Part shown: positions 56,422-64,000 of the stretch, in pieces | How positions within the stretch are numbered: position 1 is the stretch's first letter | How the letters are laid out: every line of letters starts with the position of its first letter | IMG/VR virus record: IMGVR_UViG_3300034062_008235 | Span: 1 to 64,000 of that record | Length of the DNA stretch: 64,000 nucleotides | Direction: 5' to 3' (one strand) | Source of the DNA: a virus | Program-made: the position numbers and the translations under genes | Notes under the pieces: model-generated | Database searches by the model: none | Told to the model about the DNA's origin: nothing | The model's input: the letters and a program-made list of their open reading frames with translations, nothing else

Positions 56422-58809
56422 TTATGCTAATGTTCTTACTAAATTAAATTCGATAAATATGAATTCGATAGCATAGACTGGCACAATACCTATTCTTGCT
56501 CTTAATTCATTTCTTGCGATTACATCTGATGTATTTAATTCATCATCACATTTAACTACGAAATCTTGTGCCCCAGAATTTGCTACAAGCCTAGTAAGTA
56601 TTTGAGAACAAGCGTTTATAAATGCAGACCTAGTTGCAGCATTATTTGGTTCAAACAAATAATTCTTTGAAATGCTCTTGATGCTTTTTTCAACATAGAA
56701 CAACATTCTGCGGACATTGATTCTATCAAGAGCGGTTGGCGTTCTTTGAAGAGTCTTTTGTCCCCAAATTACAAATCCACCAACATCAGGATAACTAATA
56801 ATTGGATTGATAGCGTTGTTATTGCCATACATTAAGTCACGTTCAGCTAATGAAGGTCTGCTGAACACATTATTGATATTTGGAACAACACCTCTAGTTA
56901 ATCCAGCAGGAGCATACCAAGGACCAGAGATTGAATCGCTTTGACAAATTGCTGCTAGAACAGAGCCAGATGGTGGCACCCAAACACTGATATTATTGAA
57001 AGTATCAGTTATGTCCACCCAAGGGTAATACAAAGCAGCGAAATCAGTATCAAGTCTGGTATTGTTCAAAGGATGAACACCATTTTGCCAATTAACGATT
57101 TCATTAACTGTAAGACCAAATGGAGGGTCAATAATTGCAAGAGCGTCTTGACGATAAGATTCACAAATATCAATTAGTACTCTTACAACTGCTGTTGAGC
57201 TTCTTCCCGGTGTTGCTATCAAGTCGATATCAACTTGTTCTGGTTCAGAGAAAGAATAAAGACCAGTGCCTGCGGTTGGATTACCGATGATTAAATCATC
57301 TTGTGTGTCAGGATCAACTGGAATGCCATCAGTACCACCAGTTAATAATAAACCAGTTGTAGACGTATTAGCAGGAGGTGCAGTAACAGCAGTGTTATCT
57401 GAAACTCTGATAAAGTTACTAACTGTATTAAGATAAGACTCAACGTAGAAAGAAGAAAGTTGGTTCTTGGTTAGATTTCCCCAAGATTCAACTTGTTGTC
57501 CATTATTGTAGACCTGCATCTGGAATGTGCCATCATAAGGATTAGTTGTAATAATTACTCTTGTCTGATTGCCTTCAATACCGGGACTATCAGCGAAAAT
57601 AGTAAAACTCTTTGATCCACTGCTGTTTGCACCACCAGTTACTTTGCCAGCTTGTGCAGTTAAACCACTTCCAGTAGCTTTTACAGGAGAATCACCAGTA
57701 GCAGTAATATTGCTTATGCCAAAAATGCTATCCATTGAGCTTTCTGATTTAACAAGTATTTTACTACCTGAACCATAAGCTAAAGTTGTAAGAACAATAT
57801 GATCAGAACCATCATCGGAAGCTACAAAGCCACCAGTAAGAGAATCAATCTGGGTGTTGATTTCATCAACAACTTCGGCTGTTGTATAAGGACCATTGTT
57901 TAGAACTGATAGATCGATAATTTGAACAACATCATCGATATTAACATTTCCTGTTCCTGTTACAACTACTTGCAAAGCGTTAGCCAAATCAGTTGGATCT
58001 AATGTATCAAAATCCCAGCTGCCAGCAGAACCTGAAGATGGATAACGATTTGTAGAGCCAGTTAATTCTGCTTGGGTCATGCTAGTGCCAAGACCAACAA
58101 TACTGTTTATTCCACCGTATATCGAATTCTGGTGGGAGACTAATTCAATAGAAGCTCCTACGCCGTAAGCCCAAGTAGACTTAACTCCTAAAGTTTCGCT
58201 TGTTGTTGCTACAAATTGAATTCCATCAATCGATGGATTAAGCTGAGAGTTTAGATAATCCACAAGTTCTTCAAGTGTATAATCTGTTGGATAATCTGGA
58301 TTTGTTGTTGGATCATTCTTAGGAACAATAAGAATTTTGCTTGCAAGAATATTATTTAGTTTCCAACTAAAATAACCATCTTCGACAAACTCAAAAGTTC
58401 CTCCAGCAACTGGTGTGATACTAGGAGTTCCAGTGCTTGAACCGATAATATCAACAAGTCCACCAGTAGATGGAACTAAAACTGAAGCAGAATTTGCTTG
58501 AGTATTACTAGTTGGATCTGTGTCCGCTACTCTGGTAATTACAACCTCACTCGAAACCCTAAGAACTTGCTGTGCAGCATAGATCAAATAAGGATCACTT
58601 GTGTCAGGATGTGGATTACCAAATTTGGTAACAAGATCAGTCAAAGTTCTTACACTTGTTGGTGTGTTGATCGGACCCTTGCTAGCAAACCCAATTAAAC
58701 CGACCTTATGAAAGCTTGTGGTTGGGCTAACAAAAGTGAAGTCGTTTTCTGTGATTCTCACAGAAGGGCTAATTGTGTTGCTTGCAGGAAAGCCTCGTAA
58801 AGTTGCCAT
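56422..58809 (-). CDS. contractile tail sheath protein (gp18-like)
   Basis: SPSVRITE, ASKGP, YYPW, PPSG, WYAPAG..RG, WGQKT, RINVRR and FEPN motifs. Confidence 0.95.
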   Translation of the reverse strand: MATLRGFPASNTISPSVRITENDFTFVSPTTSFHKVGLIGFASKGPINTPTSVRTLTDLVTKFGNPHPDTSDPYLIYAAQQVLRVSSEVVITRVADTDPTSNTQANSASVLVPSTGGLVDIIGSSTGTPSITPVAGGTFEFVEDGYFSWKLNNILASKILIVPKNDPTTNPDYPTDYTLEELVDYLNSQLNPSIDGIQFVATTSETLGVKSTWAYGVGASIELVSHQNSIYGGINSIVGLGTSMTQAELTGSTNRYPSSGSAGSWDFDTLDPTDLANALQVVVTGTGNVNIDDVVQIIDLSVLNNGPYTTAEVVDEINTQIDSLTGGFVASDDGSDHIVLTTLAYGSGSKILVKSESSMDSIFGISNITATGDSPVKATGSGLTAQAGKVTGGANSSGSKSFTIFADSPGIEGNQTRVIITTNPYDGTFQMQVYNNGQQVESWGNLTKNQLSSFYVESYLNTVSNFIRVSDNTAVTAPPANTSTTGLLLTGGTDGIPVDPDTQDDLIIGNPTAGTGLYSFSEPEQVDIDLIATPGRSSTAVVRVLIDICESYRQDALAIIDPPFGLTVNEIVNWQNGVHPLNNTRLDTDFAALYYPWVDITDTFNNISVWVPPSGSVLAAICQSDSISGPWYAPAGLTRGVVPNINNVFSRPSLAERDLMYGNNNAINPIISYPDVGGFVIWGQKTLQRTPTALDRINVRRMLFYVEKSIKSISKNYLFEPNNAATRSAFINACSQILTRLVANSGAQDFVVKCDDELNTSDVIARNELRARIGIVPVYAIEFIFIEFNLVRTLA

Positions 58810-58810
58810 T

Positions 58811-59038
58811 TTACTTTTCTCCCTCAGTCAAAATATTATTTGGTACATATCTAGTCTTGATAAGACCCATTTTTTCTACTCTTTCTATATATGCAGTAGA
58901 CCTTTCATCTTCTAAATTATAAATATTTTTTTTACATCCGATACCCGGAATATTTAAAGTTGTAAAAGAATTTATTTTTTTCTTGCTCTTTATAACAAGT
59001 TGAACTGGATGCTTGCAAATGTTTGTTATTTCTATCAT
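58811..59038 (-). CDS. small hypothetical protein
   Basis: Coupled between the gp15-like and sheath genes. Confidence 0.6.
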   Translation of the reverse strand: MIEITNICKHPVQLVIKSKKKINSFTTLNIPGIGCKKNIYNLEDERSTAYIERVEKMGLIKTRYVPNNILTEGEK

Positions 59039-60033
59039 AATCGTGGTGCCATTTCCTCAATTTTAGCTATTACTTTGGTAATTTTATCTTCATCTACAGA
59101 ATTTACCAAATCTGTTTTTACAACTTTGATCAAAGAATCATATATTTTTGCTGGCATAGGAACGAATGTTTCTGCTGTTAAGCCAAATTGGAACTTTATT
59201 ACTCTTTGAGCCGCATCGCCCGGTTCAGTATTAAGGTTACTAGCAATAGAATCCAATTTAACAATCACTTCCTGCAAAACTCCTCTTACTTTTATGTACG
59301 CTACTAAACTGAATTTTGTAACTATTTGTTCAAATATTTGATTCATATCTTCTAATTGCATTGTCCAAACATACATTGTATAAGAAATATTAATAGGTAT
59401 CCCTCTGCCAATCCCAAACAATGTAGACCTGTTCGAAAATTTTTCTGATTTATCAGGCTCTCTGCCTGTATAAGCATCCACATAACTCATTGCTTGATGA
59501 TAAGTATATCTCTTAGTATCAAATTCATAACCAGTTGAGCTAATTGCCATCATGGGCAATATAATTCTGTCAACAACAAGTGTTTCATCTTTGCGAACAT
59601 TTTTTTGCAGAATTGCAGCAACAGCTCTTTCTTGTGTTGCCCAAATTATTGGAACTTGAACTGCTTTTCCATCTTCATCAATTACAACAATATTTCTAAA
59701 AAGATCCATGACACCTTCGTCGGTGCCTCTTAATGCCTTTGAATATCGATAAATTGTATTTTCGTTTAACTGACTAGCTGGCTCATTAACTATTTTTCCG
59801 GCTTGCATTGGATCACAGTTATTGGCTGATCCATTGCCAAGATTGTTGATAAAATTATCTTGTAACCAGTCAGAAGCACCATTATTATTAACATTATTTT
59901 GATTATCAGGTTCCATGTGGCAATTCATGCCCGGAGGTGGATCAATATTATTGGAAATATTTAATAAACTTGAATCTGGACAAGGATTAATTTGTTTTTC
60001 TTGGTGATTCATATTTTGCGCTGTGTTTGGCAT
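59035..60033 (-). CDS. gp15-like tail terminator / sheath stabilizer
   Basis: VPIIW, LPMMAI, PINISY and DMNQIFEQI; lies upstream of the sheath gene. Confidence 0.75.
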   Translation of the reverse strand: MPNTAQNMNHQEKQINPCPDSSLLNISNNIDPPPGMNCHMEPDNQNNVNNNGASDWLQDNFINNLGNGSANNCDPMQAGKIVNEPASQLNENTIYRYSKALRGTDEGVMDLFRNIVVIDEDGKAVQVPIIWATQERAVAAILQKNVRKDETLVVDRIILPMMAISSTGYEFDTKRYTYHQAMSYVDAYTGREPDKSEKFSNRSTLFGIGRGIPINISYTMYVWTMQLEDMNQIFEQIVTKFSLVAYIKVRGVLQEVIVKLDSIASNLNTEPGDAAQRVIKFQFGLTAETFVPMPAKIYDSLIKVVKTDLVNSVDEDKITKVIAKIEEMAPRL

Positions 60034-60078
60034 AGAATTATTTAGTCTTATTTGTTTTAATTTTCACTGTAATAAGTT

Positions 60079-60915
60079 ATGGAAAATAAAACCAAAGTTA
60101 TGTATCGCACTTACGGGACTAGTATTGCTCCTCGTAAAATCAAGATTGAAATCCCCGGTTTTGCTGGGGAAACAAACGATCATACCAATGGAAGTAAAGC
60201 TCAACCATTTCATTGCTTGCCATTTATAGATGGAAGTACCTATGGTCTAGAATTAGTATATCACTTCAACACAACAACAATTGTTAAAAATGTAAAAGGA
60301 AAATTAATATTTGAAGGTGATTGGTCTAAAGAAAAATTAAATGTAAAATATTCAACCATTCCACCTTTTGGTACATTTGCTGAAGGACATTACGGCTTTA
60401 CGTCAAGTCTTGACATCATGCCTCCACCGGGACATATCGTCAGAATAGAACCACATCCAAGTTTTTATACAGACCCAACTTGGCAAACACCATGCGCTGT
60501 TCCCGGTCATATCCAAGGGGAATTTTGGAGTAGTATTTTCTTTGTAGTATTTAAAGCACCTCTTGAAGGTCAACAGCAAATTTTTCAAAAAGGAAAACCT
60601 TATGCACAAATTTTCATTTTACCCAAAAAAGTAAATTATGAAATTGACGAAATGCCTGCTGAAATTAAAAAATCAAGAGAAAAAAGGAATGATATTATAT
60701 TCAACAATAGAAGAAAAGTTGCTAAACATGTGTGGAAAGATAGTTTGAATCAAGAGTTTGATGACAAATATAAGCAATTAAAAACTATTTTTGAGAAAAA
60801 AGGAATTGCAGGTGTTGATGAATTTCTAGAAAAACTTGTAGCTTGCCCCGTGGTTAAAGGCAAGCTACGATATAAATTGGTAAATTATAATAAATTAAAT
60901 AAACGCAAACCTTAG
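60079..60915 (+). CDS. hypothetical protein (DUF6065-like, beta-rich)
   Basis: HCLPF..G..YG and KGKPYAQIF pattern. Confidence 0.5.
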   Translation: MENKTKVMYRTYGTSIAPRKIKIEIPGFAGETNDHTNGSKAQPFHCLPFIDGSTYGLELVYHFNTTTIVKNVKGKLIFEGDWSKEKLNVKYSTIPPFGTFAEGHYGFTSSLDIMPPPGHIVRIEPHPSFYTDPTWQTPCAVPGHIQGEFWSSIFFVVFKAPLEGQQQIFQKGKPYAQIFILPKKVNYEIDEMPAEIKKSREKRNDIIFNNRRKVAKHVWKDSLNQEFDDKYKQLKTIFEKKGIAGVDEFLEKLVACPVVKGKLRYKLVNYNKLNKRKP

Positions 60916-61706
60916 TAGCCGCCTCCCATGCCACTACCTCCCATGCCACCACCCTGACCGCTGCCGCCCATGCCGCCGCCCATGCCACCGCCACCCATGC
61001 CGCCGCCAAAGCCACCACCCATGTCTCCACCGCTCTGATTACCGCCGCCTTGGTCCCCACTCATGTTTTCCATGCCTCCCATAGGTGGACCACCCATTTC
61101 TCCTGCATTTGACGATTTTTCTTTACCTTTATTTCCTTCTCCCTTTTCATCTTCCTCTTCTTTATCCTCATCCTCGTCTTCATTCTCATCTTCATCATTA
61201 CCCATAACGCTGTTTATCAAGTCTTCAAGTTGCTTTATCAAGTCCTCAATTTGCTGACCTTTGTCTTCATCTGCGGATTTAAAATTTTCAACTTGATCTT
61301 TAAGAGTTTGCAAACATTTTTTAATTGTTTCTTCATCTGCTCCACCTTCGCTTGGAGCAACATTTGATTCATCTGTATCGGCAGGATTAGAACCATCGCC
61401 CATTTGAGCATCAAAATTCCCCATCTGATCTTGAGGAATTTGAGAATTAGCATTAAAATTGCCACCACCCATGTTGCCGCCACCCATATTGCCGCCACCC
61501 ATGTTGCCGCCACCCATGTTGCCGCCACCCATGTTGCCGCCCATGTTACCACCGCCCATGCCTCCACCCATGTTGCCGCCCATGCCGCCGCCCATGCCGC
61601 CACCCATGTTGCCGCCCATGCCACCGCCACCCATGTTGCCTTGTTCTTGCATAATCTTATTTCTCTTCATCTTCATAATGTCGTACATTTCGAAAAAAGT
61701 CTTCAT
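60912..61706 (-). CDS. Gly/Met/Asn low-complexity protein with CTS-like N-terminus
   Basis: MKTFFEMY...IMQE; GGM/GGNM repeats flank an acidic helical hairpin. Confidence 0.7.
   Translation of the reverse strand: MKTFFEMYDIMKMKRNKIMQEQGNMGGGGMGGNMGGGMGGGMGGNMGGGMGGGNMGGNMGGGNMGGGNMGGGNMGGGNMGGGNFNANSQIPQDQMGNFDAQMGDGSNPADTDESNVAPSEGGADEETIKKCLQTLKDQVENFKSADEDKGQQIEDLIKQLEDLINSVMGNDEDENEDEDEDKEEEDEKGEGNKGKEKSSNAGEMGGPPMGGMENMSGDQGGGNQSGGDMGGGFGGGMGGGGMGGGMGGSGQGGGMGGSGMGGGY
61461..61640 (-). repeat. 12/15-bp coding repeats (GGNMG/GGM)
   Basis: CCACCCATGTTGCCG-type units; a related tract lies at 60916-61030. Confidence 0.85.
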
Positions 61707-61732
61707 TTTTGCTCCTATATCAATATGAAATC

Positions 61733-62290
61733 TTAAACAATTTTAAAATCAGCATCTTCAGTTTTGCCAACAGAACTTCCACTAACAGTATCTTCTTGGA
61801 ATCTTTGGCAAACTAATTGTATTCTCAATGCATTATATAGTTTAAACTCGCCTAATTTTCGTTCAATAATGATCCAATCTTCATTAAGAAATGGAGTTTT
61901 AACTCTACTTCCAATCTTAGGTGGATGTCCAATTTCTTTCAAAACTGCACGATAATTTAATTCAAATGTCATTTCATCTGGAGAATCAATACCAAATGCA
62001 GTTTGCATATTTTGTGATGGAACTGGTTCGTAAACGCACCATAATTGTATTGGATTTTGACTGTAAATCTTTGCTCTTGACTCAAGATACAAAGGATCTA
62101 CGTTGTTTATGTCAATAAATAATTCAAAGTAAAATAAAGGAGAGCCACCAAGTCTAATCGTTTCTTCATCGTAAATATTAAATAAATCTCTTGCAGGATT
62201 CTGGTCATCAAATTGCTGCAAGCTTCCTGTCGGACAAAACGGTTTACCATCAGGTTTGTATATTGTCATAATATAATCCTTTAAGCACAA
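61733..62290 (-). CDS. gp14-like neck / head-closure protein
   Basis: ETIRLGG, DPLYLE, FGIDSPDE and PKIG motifs. Confidence 0.7.
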   Translation of the reverse strand: MCLKDYIMTIYKPDGKPFCPTGSLQQFDDQNPARDLFNIYDEETIRLGGSPLFYFELFIDINNVDPLYLESRAKIYSQNPIQLWCVYEPVPSQNMQTAFGIDSPDEMTFELNYRAVLKEIGHPPKIGSRVKTPFLNEDWIIIERKLGEFKLYNALRIQLVCQRFQEDTVSGSSVGKTEDADFKIV

Positions 62291-62688
62291 CTGTTAAGAG
62301 AAATTTGAGATGTGATAAGAACTTGACCGCCACTACTGGGTAGTTGGAAAGGAGCAGCAGTAAATCTTTCTAACCAAAGCAATCCACCAGCTATGTTTGT
62401 TACATAATATCCATAAATTGTAGCACTTGTTGACATATTGAATGTTTGTTCAGGATAACTAGCTGTAGTAATTCCGCCAACTGATGTTGAAACGCTCCAA
62501 CTTGAAGAAGTAAGAGTTATGGCAGAATAGCCTGTTGATGTCACTTCAGTAATATCTCCAACTGTAGTATTGGAACTTGGTGTTAAATTATTTGAATAAA
62601 GATGTAAAATTGTATTTGTGGGAGTAGCTATATTAAGCATGTTATTCAAAATGGTAACTTCGCTAACATTTGGTATTACGAGAGCCAT
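62281..62688 (-). CDS. putative virion structural protein
   Basis: S/T-rich beta protein (LHLYSN, GY, IYGYYV, ERF); TAAATA plus SD. Confidence 0.6.
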   Translation of the reverse strand: MALVIPNVSEVTILNNMLNIATPTNTILHLYSNNLTPSSNTTVGDITEVTSTGYSAITLTSSSWSVSTSVGGITTASYPEQTFNMSTSATIYGYYVTNIAGGLLWLERFTAAPFQLPSSGGQVLITSQISLNSCA

Positions 62689-62723
62689 AAAATTCTCCTT
62701 CTATTTACTAATAATATATAGTC

Positions 62724-63323
62724 ATGGCAGTGTACAAAAAAGATGGAAGTGTTTATAAATTGACTGGACCAAACATTTTAATGTTTACCCAAGACAATTG
62801 GGGCGCATTTACGACTCATAATTTGAAAAATTTATCCAACTTTAAAATAGAATCTAATATTCCGCATGTTGTATTAGGATCTAGGAAAGAATCAAAACCT
62901 CCTGAACAGCCAAAAATCATTGAAGAAAAGCCAGAAATTAAACTTTCAGAAAAAAACAATCAAAAAAAACTTGTTATTCCTGAAAATTCAAAATTTATTC
63001 AAAAAACAAAAAATGAATATGAAGATTTTGAAAAAACAATTATACATTGTGCTTTAGCAAAAATGGAAGAAAAAAAAGATAGTCTTTATGGTGACGTAGC
63101 TGTTAAAACGAAATTTGTTGAAAAATTTACATTTGAATCAATTGTTTTGTCTTTAAATGATTTTACGTTTATTTTTTGGACAATGCTAGACAAACTAACA
63201 GTTGGTTCTGTTCTTTATCCACAAGATGACTCAAAAAGATGGTGGGAAATAAAAGAAATTGAAAGTGTTCCCGGTGGTTACAAAGTTGTTTGTGTAATCG
63301 CTAGAAACACTCCTTCTTTTTAA
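62724..63323 (+). CDS. hypothetical protein, possible divergent neck-protein paralog
   Basis: Shares an N-terminal (I/V)YKxDG and a DxLY with the 61733 gene. Confidence 0.5.
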   Translation: MAVYKKDGSVYKLTGPNILMFTQDNWGAFTTHNLKNLSNFKIESNIPHVVLGSRKESKPPEQPKIIEEKPEIKLSEKNNQKKLVIPENSKFIQKTKNEYEDFEKTIIHCALAKMEEKKDSLYGDVAVKTKFVEKFTFESIVLSLNDFTFIFWTMLDKLTVGSVLYPQDDSKRWWEIKEIESVPGGYKVVCVIARNTPSF

Positions 63324-63985
63324 CCTCTCATTGTATCGTTTATTGCTTCTTGCATTCTTTGCATGACAGCATTTACATTTGATGCCTGACCAATTCTTGT
63401 TTTTTTTGTACCTGATGAACCCAAATTTTTCTCTGAAAGCCTATCACATATATCCATAATCAAAAATCTTAAAGTTCTTTCTATTATGTTATAAGTTTCT
63501 GCTTCATTTGCTTCTTCTATATCAAATTTTCCTATATTTCTTAATGCTTTGTCTCTAATAAGTTTTTTGAATAATTCATATGCTTGAGGATGTGTTACTA
63601 CTTGATTATTATTGACAAATGTTTTAAATATTATGTTATATGGTCCTCTATAATTACCTTTTATATAACTTTTTACAAATGCATCAAAATGATTTTGTCG
63701 ATTATTTAAATAACTCATTAATTGGTTTAAACTGTTATTCAAGTTAGTTAACCTTGCACCAACATCTAATTGAAAGTTACTATTAGGATGAACACCGCCA
63801 GCAATGGTTAAACCTCTTTTGTCTAATTCTTCTGGAATAGATTCTCTATTTGAAAATTGATAAAATATTTTTTTCCTTTTTTTGCCTTTTTTACCTTTTT
63901 CTGCAATTTCTCTAACATTATAATGATGTCCAACTGCGTTTTCTCTGTCTAGCCTTGCAATAAGGTCTCTTAAAGTTCTAACCAT
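63320..63985 (-). CDS. basic hypothetical protein (may extend past the window edge)
   Basis: 221 aa ORF. Confidence 0.55.
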   Translation of the reverse strand: MVRTLRDLIARLDRENAVGHHYNVREIAEKGKKGKKRKKIFYQFSNRESIPEELDKRGLTIAGGVHPNSNFQLDVGARLTNLNNSLNQLMSYLNNRQNHFDAFVKSYIKGNYRGPYNIIFKTFVNNNQVVTHPQAYELFKKLIRDKALRNIGKFDIEEANEAETYNIIERTLRFLIMDICDRLSEKNLGSSGTKKTRIGQASNVNAVMQRMQEAINDTMRG

Positions 63986-64000
63986 TTGTGGGTTATTTTC

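Noticed and set aside
55141-60033. Extracellular contractile injection system or tailocin
   Set aside because: Accompanied by neck, late sigma and full replication genes, consistent with a real phage.
1-64000. Stop-codon reassignment
   Set aside because: Conserved genes are full length under code 11 and end in TAA, TAG or TGA.

Overview
AT-rich, gene-dense segment of a large tailed phage with T4-like (myovirus) morphogenesis genes, using the standard genetic code and switching strand often. No rRNA, tRNA, CRISPR array or integrase was seen. Content: (i) replication and recombination genes: DnaE PHP domain at the left edge, a degenerate PolA-like polymerase, gp41-like helicase, gp32-like SSB, UvsX/RecA, UvsY, UvsW, gp46/47, a Holliday-junction resolvase and a Hel308-like helicase; (ii) nucleotide metabolism: thyX, dNMP kinase, dCMP deaminase, class II RNR; (iii) tail and neck genes: sheath, two tube paralogs, gp15- and gp14-like proteins, and a chaperone with a -1 slippery site; (iv) host-type genes: an intact prkA(yeaG)-yeaH-spoVR operon, hldE and other sugar enzymes, a MoxR plus vWA-peptidase pair, and a papain-like protease operon. 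The most unusual signals are three. First, a 0.5 kb non-coding element beside the replication genes where two convergent, consensus sigma-54 (-24/-12) motifs frame nested hairpins with GAA triloops (candidate origin). Second, about 14 scattered orphan proteins sharing an N-terminal motif like the T4 capsid-targeting sequence, many of them low-complexity. Third, the phage-borne PrkA/YeaH/SpoVR triad. A Gram-negative host, possibly Planctomycetota, is an inference only. All product calls come from motif recognition by eye; no database searches were run.
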